Shown: positions 22,925 to 34,286 of the stretch, piece after piece | Numbering within the stretch: position 1 is the stretch's first letter | Layout: every line of letters starts with the position of its first letter | Source of the DNA: Blepharisma stoltei ATCC 30299 | Lineage: Eukaryota; Protista; Ciliophora | Assembly: GCA_965603825.1 (NCBI GenBank) | Contig: CBFDEM010000021.1 | Location: 620,001 to 684,000, forward strand | Direction of reading: 5' to 3' | Length of the DNA: 64,000 nucleotides | Notes under the pieces: model-generated | What the model was told of the DNA's origin: nothing | The model's database searches: none | The model's input: only the letters and a program-made list of their open reading frames with translations | Position numbers and translations under genes: made by a program

Positions 22925-25765
22925 ATGGATACATCTAGTCGATCAATTTCCTCAAGTTCTTCCATAAAAAAATTCCAGCCTGTCTCATTTATCCCAGGCA
23001 AAGTGTTTCTAACAGAAGCTAAACAAGAAATAGCAATTCCTGTATTATTTACTTAGCAAGGACTCGATGAAAATCCTCTATATGAGCAAATGCTGGTAAA
23101 GCAAATGCGCTCTGAAAAGATCATTACAAGGACAGGCCTTCACAAGCCAGATGAATCTAGTGATAAAAAAGTGTGAAAAGAAAATTATTCAAAACAAAGT
23201 CTCGAATTAGAAAAAATAAAAGCATTTGAGCGTCAAAAGCAAATAAATGAGCGATATGACCAAGAAATGAGGAGACAAGAAGAGAATCGTGCTAAACAAG
23301 AAGCGTTTTATAAAAGAAAATATTTGCAATACTTGAAAAAAATCACGTTTGAACCAAATGACCCAAAATATCTAAAATCACCGTTTCAGCCTGGATTTTA
23401 TTTTTATGAAGCATTATTAACAAATCCAAAGTACCCTTGCTCTTTGCTTCATATAAACATTCCTCATACTTTTTATATATCAGAATCCAGAACTTATTGG
23501 ATCACAACCAATGAAGAAAGCGGCAGAGTTCAAAGTCTTCAAGATTATAATAAATTTGAAGTCCACAATTCATTGCAAAGATATAAAGATGAGCAATTAG
23601 GAGTTATTGCAATTTTTAGGCACCCTGTTAGCGCAACTAATATGGAAGCAAACCCTCTAAACTCATTAGAATTTTCTGACAAAATCCTAAAAGGCTCCTT
23701 GCCAAGTGGAACAATGGTTCAAAGATACATCAAAAGTCATAGTGATCGTCCATGCACAATAAGACTCTTTTATAATAATAAAAACAAAGAAAACAGAGCT
23801 TCATATGCTTATTGTATAACTAGTAGCCAAAGAGCGATGGAAAAATTCTCTCAAACAAAAATATGTGTTTGCAGTCAAATAGTTGATGGAATTGATATAT
23901 ATCCGATGCATGGAGAAGCAATCTTAGGCTTGGAAAGTTATGCAAAAGAAATTGTTGAATTCTTGCAAAATGCTTACACTGTAAGAATAATTGATATTGT
24001 ACTTGACTTTATCAAGGATAAGGATGGAAAATGTTGATTTATTGGATGCAAAGGATTCAATTTAGACGAAAACGCGTTAAAATGCAGAGAAATAAGAATT
24101 GAAAACGAGAAAATTAAATCGCCAGCTGTAATTAGAGACGAACTAGAAGAGATTCGAGAGCAAAGATTAAGTTCAATGCATTGCAAATTGTGCTTGTTGC
24201 CGTTTAAATTATTTGAGCTTGAGCATGTTCTTCCATATAAAATGTTGTTGCTGTACAAGAGACATACACGAAAGTCTGGAAGGAAATCATTGCAGCTTTC
24301 ACATATTCGTCCACTTGCAATTGACTTCCTAAGTCATTGAGTAAGAGTTTGCAATATCTGCCATATGCTTGTGCTTCAAGAGTATGAACTTATGGAAACC
24401 GAAATAAAATTAGCTAAAAAACTGAACATCTCTATAAAACCAGAAGACTTAACAAGGAAGCCAACTTATAAGCATCCTCCATTTCTCCCATCTGTGGCTA
24501 TGCAATGAAGAGTGCTTATATACTTAAAGAACATTGATTACATAAACTTCAAAAGCTGAAGAGAGCACAATTTATATCTCAATTTCAATATTTTTGAAAA
24601 ATCACATATTATAAAATTGCCTCAAAGTCCTTATAAAAACAACAAAATTAGATTGAGAAGAACCAGATTATTTTATTTCTTTACCCAAGATGCAGCACAT
24701 TGCAAGAATTTATGCAATTCTGAAATAATGAAACTTACAATGATAGAAAATAAAACAAAAATTATTTCAGCTGGGGAATCCAACCCTTTTAAATTATTTT
24801 CATGCGAAATGGAGGATAAAGAATCAATTACTCAATTATGGGAAGTCCCTTTATTTCTTAACCAAATCCATTTTATGAACCTAAAATTTGTAGTGGGGCT
24901 GGCAAAGGATCATTCTCTAAACCCTAGAAAGCTACCAGTAAATATAAATAAATACAAAACGATTTATATGCCTGATGATACTTACTTTAGTTGCGAGCCT
25001 TTGCCTATTGGGTGGATGGAGCTTTTTAATGAAAAATACAAAGAAGATATAACAAGTCAACTGTTAAGTTCATCAGAAGAAATAGAAGATGTGTATTCGC
25101 CTGAGCTAAATGAAGATTTAATTTATAGCTCGCCTATGATTTCCGGGAAAATTCTCCACGTTAATGTAGATTTAGATCCAAGAAAAAAGCCAAAAAATAA
25201 CTTCAGCATTGAGAGCTTTGAAAGGAGAAATTTTAGTCCTTCAAAAAAGATTTTGAGTCCTTCAACCTCTAAAAGTCAAATAACTGATTTAACGAGCACA
25301 AGAATAAGATCAGCTAAGCATACAAAAGCATCCTTAAACTCTGCATCCACAAGTTTAACTACCTCAGCAATGCTCTTGAAAAAACCTTCAAAATCACTAG
25401 TATCCCCAACTTATGTGCCAAACAGAACGTCCATAGTAAGCCCAGAATCAACTAATTGTGGGCACAGTAAAAATGCTTCTGTAGATGAAATATACAGTTG
25501 TAAGCAAGATGTAACAGATCCAAGTAGCCGAATTGAAAACTTGCTAAATACAGTTTCAGTATATTTAACAAGAAGAGGGTACAATGATAAAAGCGAAGCG
25601 GCAACTTCTCCTCAGTGCTCACCAAAGCATGAAAAGGAGCAAAGTGAAGATAAATCTCAAAAGAAAATAATAAAGAGGAAGGTCTATAGAGATCAGTCTA
25701 ATAACTCATATAACGGAAAAGTAACATCAAGACTAAATAGATTGCTGGAAGTTTATTTAGCTTAA
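22925..25765 (+). CDS. Large uncharacterised protein, ~941 aa, one intron
   Basis: ATG 22925. Intron 23042-23056 plus five TGA=Trp join ORFs 23267-24037 and 24617-25765 in one frame. CKLC...CNIC cysteine pairs, Ser-rich tail. Confidence 0.8.
23042..23056 (+). other. 15-nt intron GTATTATTTACTTAG
   Basis: Phase 0, terminal TAG in frame, A at position 10. Confidence 0.8.
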
Positions 25766-25804
25766 TAAATTGCTATATTTTAATAAAAAGTTTTGTATGA
25801 TAAA

Positions 25805-26551
25805 TTATTCTTTACTAGGATCAATTATATCTATAAACTTGAGGGCAAGTGCAACTATTGAAGGAGGGCTCAAAACCAATTTTTGTGTCTTACTGCATCT
25901 GTGAAATTCATTCCCATCAAACTTGCAAAAATTTCATGAGTTGAGATCTGTTATGCAGCCATATACATCTCAAATAGGATTCTTCCAATAAGTTGCATAC
26001 ATTTCAAATATGTTTGCTGCAAAGGCAAGCTCTGGATCAGTTCCCCTGATTTTCCTGTCTTCTTTACGGATCAATCGAAGCACAATTCTAGGTGTGTTGT
26101 CTCGATTAATCACATAGTCACTTTTGCCCTTCTTTTCCCCGCTGCTAAGAAATATTGGTTCTTCTTTGTTAATAGTGATTCCTTCATTATATCCTACTAG
26201 TACCATAGTCCTCAAAAAATGATCAATGTGACTTATCATATTACCCTCGCGACCTCCAAAAGAGTCCAGCTCAGGCTTAATTCGCTCAGAATCTGGAAAT
26301 GTGCTATTAAAGCCTGCAACAGATTTTATGAGAAACTCTTGCTGCGCCTTAGATAGCCTCGATTGAGAAGATTCTTTTAGCGTCAGATCTGATGTGGTTG
26401 CAAGGTTTCGGTAGTCTATATGGAAAATATTCTTTAAATCTTTTGGATTGACTTGGTTGAGAGTGCCTCTGAGCCTAGAGAGCATTAAATCGATCTTGGT
26501 TTTGTCAAGTGAGTGTTCTTGGATGAATCTTCTTCCTGATTTTATAATCAT
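25805..26551 (-). CDS. Uncharacterised 248-aa protein with a restriction-endonuclease-like (PD-(D/E)XK) pattern
   Basis: Two TGA=Trp extend ORF 25970-26551 to TAA 25805, revealing GKSDYVI...VYGCITDLNSWNFCKFDG. Confidence 0.7.
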
Positions 26552-26628
26552 GAAATGAAATTAATGTATATATCACACTATTTTTAATTAGCTCAATATA
26601 CATAAACTATTATTGACGTTTTTGTATG

Positions 26629-27861
26629 CTAACTTCTTATTTCTATTTCTTGCTGCTTTGGCATATGTGCTTCTTTTTTGTCTTCAAATAGTGGCGCAAC
26701 ACTCATAATGCTCGTCAGTTTGTTCAGCGTGAATGCCTGCTTTTCTTGCTCATCTTTAGTTTCTAGGATAACTAAATTAAGGTCGTTTAATAAGTTTCCC
26801 ATGGATCTTAATACTTCAAAACGATTGTCTATTTCAGTCACTTCAGCAATTTGGATTTCTTTATCCAGAATAATCTGCTTAAGATTGACTTTTTCTTTTG
26901 CCAGCTGGTCACATAAACTTGTCAATTCTTTGATGTTTTTTTCATAAGAGCTCTTATCATTTTTATACTTGTCGATTATATCTCTTATTTCTACTCTATT
27001 TTGCTCAATAGAAGCTCTAAGTTTTGATATAGAAATATTGATAGATTGCTCGACAGTCTGATCATGCATCCTTATAAAGGTATCAAAAGTTTTGACAATA
27101 ATCCTCCAAAAGGTTTCCAGAATGACTGCTTCATCGTCTCCGTCCTTATTTCTGATGGCTCTAATAATATCTCTCACTATTGTAGAGTATTGCGATATTT
27201 TGTTAACCATTTCACCTCTAGTCATTTGTAATAGTTGGCTGAGTTTTGTTTCTTGCAATTCTTTAAGCTCTTTTTCAACTTGAAAGAAACTCCCAAGAGC
27301 TGGGTTTTTAGGTACTTTATTGAATTCTTTACTCCTTGCAATTTGAAAATTCAAGCTTAGCTCGCTTTTCAGTTTGTCCATGAATTTCAAGCCATCGATG
27401 TATTTTTCGAAATCTTGTTCTTCATTTTCTTCAGCTTCTTTTTCAAGTTTGACTGAGTCTTCATGGGGCTGGAATTTAGTTAATGCAGGATTGTAGGCTG
27501 GATCTCCTCTAGATCCTCTGAATAATCTTAATATAGATTCGTGCTGCACAGATGCCTTTAGTAATGGATCTTTAGGGGATTGAAGTTCAATTATTCTTGC
27601 GGTTGCTAGTATATGAGATGGGTGATTAAAGCGATCTTTTTTGCTTGCTGTCTTTATTCGACTTGTAAAACTTGGAAAGTTATTAGTCGATCTTGATAAC
27701 TCTTTTGTAACTAATGGAGAATCTATAACCGGAGAAGTTATTAATGCTCGAGGAGTAGTCATCATAGTGTTTTCGGTTTGCATTTTTTCTATATAATCTC
27801 TGAATGTTATATTTTCTCTTCTCATCCTTTTTATCTCAGAAACAGAATGTTTTCTTCTCAT
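26629..27861 (-). CDS. Coiled-coil protein, 410 aa
   Basis: Uninterrupted ORF with a long heptad-rich C-terminal half. Confidence 0.8.
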   Translation of the reverse strand: MRRKHSVSEIKRMRRENITFRDYIEKMQTENTMMTTPRALITSPVIDSPLVTKELSRSTNNFPSFTSRIKTASKKDRFNHPSHILATARIIELQSPKDPLLKASVQHESILRLFRGSRGDPAYNPALTKFQPHEDSVKLEKEAEENEEQDFEKYIDGLKFMDKLKSELSLNFQIARSKEFNKVPKNPALGSFFQVEKELKELQETKLSQLLQMTRGEMVNKISQYSTIVRDIIRAIRNKDGDDEAVILETFWRIIVKTFDTFIRMHDQTVEQSINISISKLRASIEQNRVEIRDIIDKYKNDKSSYEKNIKELTSLCDQLAKEKVNLKQIILDKEIQIAEVTEIDNRFEVLRSMGNLLNDLNLVILETKDEQEKQAFTLNKLTSIMSVAPLFEDKKEAHMPKQQEIEIRS

Positions 27862-28305
27862 TTTTATAATGGCATTGGATTTTCTATCAGTTATATGCTT
27901 TATTTTGGCTTATCTGCATGAAGAAAAGCATCAGCAACCAATTTCATGAGATGAATTAAATTATGCTTAGATTTGATTGTATTATAATTAAAATATAAAT
28001 TAATCAATTCTTAAAAAAAATTTAGAAATTACATTGATTTTTAAATCCATCTTTATAAAAATATAAATCGAATCTAAGGCATAGAGATGTTAAGAACTAA
28101 AAATTAACAAATTTCCGAAAAATAAGAATCTGATATATATATGGAACTTAACCAAATAATTAAAATCCTAAAAGGATTTTAATGATTTGAAGAATTGCTT
28201 TTTTATAGCAGATTAGCAATTACTGGGATTCACTTTTTTGAGAAATCTGCTTAATAAACTACCTTTAAAATAAATTCAACGCTTAATTAAGTAATTGTTT
28301 CTTAT

Positions 28306-28860
28306 ATGGCTAATTTATCCGATGCTCTGGAAACTCAAATTGGAGACATAGAAGACTTGGAAGACAGATTAATCGTGATGGAATCAATTGTTGAACAACT
28401 AAAATCCTCAAAAATAATGAGAGCAGAGCTTGAAGTTCTTTTAAATCAATATATAGCTCTTGAAGATTCAATTATCAATGGGCTGCATCAGCTTGCTAAG
28501 AAGGCAGAAGACTTAGTATCACAAAACCTCATAACTAACGCTACATCAAAGTTCAATGAGCTGGGCTCGAGCTATCAAGATACTTGAAGCGATGAATTTT
28601 GAGAGACTTATAACATGATTAGAGAAGGCTACCAAACTTCAGATAAAAAGAAAACTGGACAGGAAATAAATAACCAAGTTGAGTCGATGCAAGACATTGC
28701 ACTTGCTTTGAATCGAACGAAAAATAAAATACAGAATGATGATAGAGGAAAAAAAGCATTAGAAGAAATTGAAGAACTAAGCAAGACATATCAGATTAGT
28801 GTATTGGGACCTCAAATCCAAGATTTTCATAATAACAAATGCAAATGTGTTTTAATTTAA
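28306..28860 (+). CDS. Helical protein with a C-terminal CaaX box, 184 aa
   Basis: Two TGA=Trp join ORFs 28306-28587 and 28615-28860. Ends KCKCVLI-TAA. Confidence 0.75.
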
Positions 28861-29146
28861 TATATAAAATTATTCAACTTTTAAATAATAGATAGAATAA
28901 TTTTTTACTATGATAATATTTTTACCTTAAAATTTTTTCTTCAAATCCTAATATCAATTTAAATATATGGTAAAATAGGTATGAAGACATTAGACGTTTA
29001 ATTGCAACCCTCAACCCTAAATCCTCGCACAAGAAGTTCGATATATTACTATTAAAAATAGTCCTTTCTTTAAAAGTTATTGAGATAAATGTCTCACAGA
29101 AATTAAGAAATAAAATAGACATTAAAAATGTTTATTAGAAAATCTA

Positions 29147-29701
29147 ATGTATGAAACAAATAGATTACCACTTGCTTACACTGCAACACTTAAGAAAGGA
29201 GCGCTTGGATCATTAAGGTCGACTGCAGATGGAATTTTCTCTAGAAATGAAATCTTGCCCTTCTTAAACAAGAAGCCAATGTCTATGACTGATCTTCGGA
29301 AAGAAGGAATATTAGACCCGCAAGCATCATTGGAAAATTCAAGAGTTGCTGTAAAAGTTTTTCATAAAAATTCTGAATCTTGTGACCTCTGGAAAACCAA
29401 ATTATCTAAAATTAATCAAATGATGACTTCGTCACGCAAAGATGGTTACCCTTATAACATGTTCACACCTCTTGGCCCTCATATAGAAGCTCCTAATAAA
29501 AACCGGAACCCAAAATTTTACAGATCACTTTCTTCTGATGGTTGGGCTTTTCATAAAGAAATGGGGGAGTTTAATTACTTTAATATTACTTACATGAAAA
29601 ATAACTCCTGTTTTCCATTTGTTCAAAAAAAACCATTAAATAGGCAAAAGCAAGTTGGAGTAAAGCCAGCGAGAAAACTAGAAATTAAGAAGAAAAAATA
29701 G
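29147..29701 (+). CDS. Uncharacterised basic protein, 184 aa
   Basis: Uninterrupted ATG-to-TAG ORF with coding-like composition. Confidence 0.7.
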   Translation: MYETNRLPLAYTATLKKGALGSLRSTADGIFSRNEILPFLNKKPMSMTDLRKEGILDPQASLENSRVAVKVFHKNSESCDLWKTKLSKINQMMTSSRKDGYPYNMFTPLGPHIEAPNKNRNPKFYRSLSSDGWAFHKEMGEFNYFNITYMKNNSCFPFVQKKPLNRQKQVGVKPARKLEIKKKK

Positions 29702-29707
29702 CAATAG

Positions 29708-31805
29708 TTATAGTAAATGCTTATTCTCTAATAAAAATTCTATAGATTCTTTTTTCTGTCGATTAAAGAGTATCCAAGCTATAGCTGTCCTATCGTCAAT
29801 ATTTATATCGTCTCTGAATTTGTCGATCAAAAATTTATCACTTTTTGGACAATAGACCATAATTTCAAGAACTTTTGTGATTTCTAGCTGTTGCTCTTCC
29901 CTCGTTAAGCCTATATTTTCTCCATTTTCCTGCTTTAGCTCAAAAAAGGTGATAGTAGAGTTTACATCATTTCTTAGAACTCTTGATAAATCTTCACAAT
30001 ATATAGTGTCTATGTCCATGCATAATAAAATGTTCTTCCATGAATCCAAAAAGTTAATAAAGCATTTTTTCAAAAAAAGCTGGAAATATTTTTGGGAAAA
30101 TACTGAAATCAGCCCGTTGAATAGATCACAAATTAATGGAAAACGAGAGGTTAAATCTTGAGCTGTATATAATTGGAAAAATACTAGAGGATACACATCA
30201 GAGTAAATAATTTTTTGCGCTAAAACATCGCATATCTTATCTGCTGAGTACTCAATTCTATTTTTTAGCTCGCTATAAATTTGAGAGGGCTCTATTACCA
30301 TGACTTTTCCTAAAATATTAATTCCTTCATTGAAAAAGAATTCGAGATTTGCCAATCTAACACAAAGCGATTTCACAATTTGGCCTTTCGGAGATTGATC
30401 TACTATCCCTCTAAAAGAGCTCAGCTTATTAGTTTTCTTCATAAGCAATTTCTTATCTCCTTGAAGCAAATTTCCTATTGGGGGTATAACTGGGGGTCTG
30501 AAATCTGGCAGCACTTTTAAAATTTCTTCTACCACATCGATATACTTGATAAATGTTTCCTTCATGAAATTAATAAAAGTTGGAGCCCAAAGCTCTTTCC
30601 CTTCTTCCTTAAAGATCTCATCCAACTCTTCTTCTAATGTTTTGATGCAATATATAAGATCGACAACCTGCTGTGTGTATCCTTTATTCGGAATTGGCTC
30701 CCATCTTTCAGAAGATGTTAAACGCTTAAACATCGCTTTAATAGAATCAATTTTATCTTCAAGCCAAGGGCGAAGGCTTGGCATAATTTGCTGGATAATG
30801 TCTGTTTTATTTGATGAAGTCCAGTCTACATGCTTGAGAATTTTGAAAATGTGTTCATTTGCAGCTTCTACGTCTTTTTTCTCTTCTACTAAAGGTCCTG
30901 TAGGAATTGCTGGGTGTATATAGGCTTTTAAATTGTTTGTAATTAAAAATACATCAACGTCCTCTCCTGGGTTTATGTCATTAATTTTTTGCTCGAAATT
31001 TTTGACTGATTTAAATTGGTCACTTAGACAGCTGAATAATGATTACTTGTCAGTTGCTTTGGCTATTTTTATGAACAACTCTTGAATTGATTCGATTCGC
31101 CTTATCTCAGCTTGCTCAACTTCTAGCAGTATGTCTCCAAAATGCTTATTATATCTGATTAGAGCTTCATCCAAAATATTTCGAGCATTATCTAGCAGCC
31201 TTTTCGAAAACTCAATTTTTGATTTCTGTATAGCACTTACAGATTCTTCTAATTTTTTCTTGATTTTCCAATTAGATGAGTCATTCTCATTCAAAAACAA
31301 TTTGCTTTCTGTCGTTTTCACCTCTTTTTTTACACTTTCATATTTATCCTGGTCTCTAGCATAGCTGGATTGGACTTGTTTATAGTCTTTAATTGATGAT
31401 GCAGCTCTTTCTGATCAGTATTTATTATGCGAAATCAATTGCTTCTTCATTGCAGCTAATGGCTTTACAGTAATCTTCTCGAGATCATCAGCCAATTTAC
31501 TGTGACCTTCATAGCCTCTGACAATTACTTGAATTAAGCTTTCAATTGCATCTTTAGTTGTCCTGACTATTGCTTACTTTTCTTCATTCGCTGAAACTGA
31601 TTGAAGGGTTGATCCAAAAATTCCTTCTCGAGAAATTTGTAAAAGATCCTTGGAATATCTAGATTCAGCATCGGATCATTTTTGAAAGAATGATTTCAGT
31701 CCTTTTAGCGTTGATGCAGCAGTTGCGGTTTTCTTCTGAACAATATCGAAGTTGTCCTAAAATAGTTGTTACTTTAAAATCCAAAAGAAACTGAGGATTT
31801 TCCAT
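29708..31805 (-). CDS. F-BAR/FCH-like protein with a Munc13-homology (MHD2/DUF810-like) C-terminus, 683 aa, three introns
   Basis: Exons 31805-31773, 31756-31578, 31562-31047 and 31031-29708 total 2052 nt in frame. FCH-like DFKDNFDIV...FFQKWSDAESRYSKDL. C-terminal KICDVLAQKIIYSD...QLY. Confidence 0.75.
31032..31046 (-). other. 15-nt intron GTAATCATTATTCAG
   Basis: Phase 2; removes a TAA and joins ORF 31043-31321 to the frame of 29708-30784. Confidence 0.85.
31563..31577 (-). other. 15-nt intron GTAAGCAATAGTCAG
   Basis: Phase 2; removes an in-frame TAA. Confidence 0.85.
31757..31772 (-). other. 16-nt intron GTAACAACTATTTTAG
   Basis: Needed to put ATG 31805 in frame with the FCH-like exon. 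A at position 10. Confidence 0.8.
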
Positions 31806-31915
31806 TTATTAAGCTACTTAATTCTTGCATTTTTATATCAGAACTAATAAATCCCCAATTCAAATTTTTTCACTTGGTAATTATTCTCTAATTGAATTTT
31901 AAAAGAATTTAAAAT

Positions 31916-33973
31916 CTATTTTCTTACTATAAATTGTGCATTCATCAAATGCTTTTCATATTGAATCTTTTCGCTTGAACTATAAGTCCCGCTGTGCCCA
32001 CAGCTTAAGGTAAGCAAATTTCCGGCCTTATGGTAGTCAATATAATTTTTGCTATTCATCGTTTGATTAGTCAAATCCACAGATTGAAGGTCTGACGACG
32101 CAATTCTTTCATTTCTTTCTTCTATGAAGGTAAGGATCTTCTTCAAACTTTCATAAACTTTTCTGACGTCTTTACAAATTTCTCTGATTAAAGGATTCGA
32201 GGTATTGAGAGGGTTATTTAAGATAGACTCCAGATTTTTAACCCCTCTGATCAATGAGTCTATAGATCTTATCAATGGATTTGAATAGTCTTCAAAAGAA
32301 GGGGAGCTTGACCCTCATAAGTCAATTATTATGATCCATTGAAGCAAAGCTAGCTGAGGATATTTTTTCTTTTGAGTAGAGGCAAGGTAGATTCCTCCAG
32401 CATCAATCCCATCAAATATTTCGTTAATCCGTTTTACAACAGCAACTAAATTCTCATCTTCTGCAGAGTCTGTATCTTTTGCTAAGAGCTGATATTGGTG
32501 TGGCACCCTGGGGTCTTGATTAAATAATTCTGCATAGCTACTAAACGATTTTTCATTTGTTATTTGTGGGTTTGACAAATGGTCTATTAGATTCGTCAAT
32601 CTATTTAAAGAACTATTCATCTGGAGAAATTCAGTGTGGCTTAAAATATGCCACTTTTTCCCAAGATCAGATTTCAGCACACTTGTTTTCAATACATTTT
32701 CATGGCTTCAAATGCTTTTAAAAGCAACCCCAGATTTTAGAGAAGCAAAGTCATTAATCATTCTATCCTGAGGATCTGAAGATAAAACCTTGTAGCAGTC
32801 AGCTGAAAGATATTCTGCAACTGAATCAGCGTCAACACGGCTTATTAATCGAAAGCACCAATATACAGCTTTTCCGAAGTTAAAAAGGGCTGCATCAGAT
32901 AATGATGAAAATGTTCTGTCTGCAAATAAAAAATCTAAAGAACATTCCCGAGCTAAATAAGTGGCAATGCACCCTCCTAATGATTCGCCATGAACACCAA
33001 GCTTAGGAACATGTTTAATTGTCCGTAAATAATTCACGATATTTTCACCATCATTCATCAGATTTTTTAAACTCAGTTTTCCTGTTGTTCGTCCATATCC
33101 TCTATAGTTTCATAGGAAAACATTGATTCCGTGAGTAAGGTAAAACTCTAATCAATCTGTTTGAAAATAGGAATATTCATAGTATCCAGCATTTGGATTA
33201 CAAATCAACATTGTTGGAGCATTTTCATTTAGAGAAGAACTGCACACAAATAAGCAATCTATCTTGGCTCCATCTAAGGACGTTATTCATAATTGTTCTG
33301 CATTGAATCTTTTAAGCAAATCTGCTCGCATATAATCTTTAGACCCTAAAGTATCGTCAAATCATCATCGACGAGCTCTTTTCAAAAAAGAAAGATCGCC
33401 GAAAGACTCATAGAGAGCACTTTCTGTTTCAGCAATAATTTTCATCACTGAGCTAATCTGGTCGTTTTGAGGATAATCTTCCAATACAATGCTTTCTGGC
33501 TCATTCCTCTCTGATTTTATGTTCATCCACTTCCATAAATTAAGTTCTTCATGCGAATTTATAATGATATTTGTTTCTTCTAATCCTCTTTTTAAGCTTA
33601 ATAGTAAATTTAACAGTCTTTTTTGCTTCTTTGATATTTTATTTGGCTCTAAAGTTTGCAAATTATCGATTACTGATTCAAAAAGTGTACAAATATATGG
33701 AATATTTGTAGTCTGCTGGAAGTTTGAGTTATCAAGATTTTCTCTAGCAATTTCTGGAAATAAATTTTCTAAATATGTGCGCAAGGTTTTTACTTTAAGA
33801 TACAGCTGATGGGTTAATTCTTTACAATAACTTGATTCAATAGATCTTTGTCAAAACCAACTAGATCCAGGAAATATTATATATTGAGCAGCATAACTCA
33901 GAAGTATCTTGAATAAAACAACAATCAGTAATATAGAGCAGGGTAGTGTAATTATCGTTGGCAAATAATACAT
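31916..33973 (-). CDS. Membrane-anchored alpha/beta hydrolase (ABHD13/16/17-like), 685 aa
   Basis: N-terminal hydrophobic segment, CNPNAGYYE, [TGA]NYRGYG, nucleophile GESLGG, DRTFSSL, CGHSG. Eight TGA=Trp, including tandem TGATGA at 33362-33367. Confidence 0.88.
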
Positions 33974-34286
33974 TTATTGTAAACTAAGATTTAAATGTAA
34001 TAATTTCATTTAAAAAATTAAAGGAGCATATTTTATTAGTCAGATATTTTTTTTATTATCAAAAATATATCAAATTAGAGTTAGAAAAGTGAAGTCTCTT
34101 TAACAAAAAGTGACATTTTACATTAAGGTTTAATAATTTAGCAAATAATTCAAATTTGATAATATTTTAAAATTTCTAAGAAAGATTTGTCTCAAATTAA
34201 CTTCTCTATAATCTAGTGCTAGTTATCAACTAAAGAATTTTGTCCTAGATAATTATAAAAAGGGAATTGAATACAATAAAACGGAT

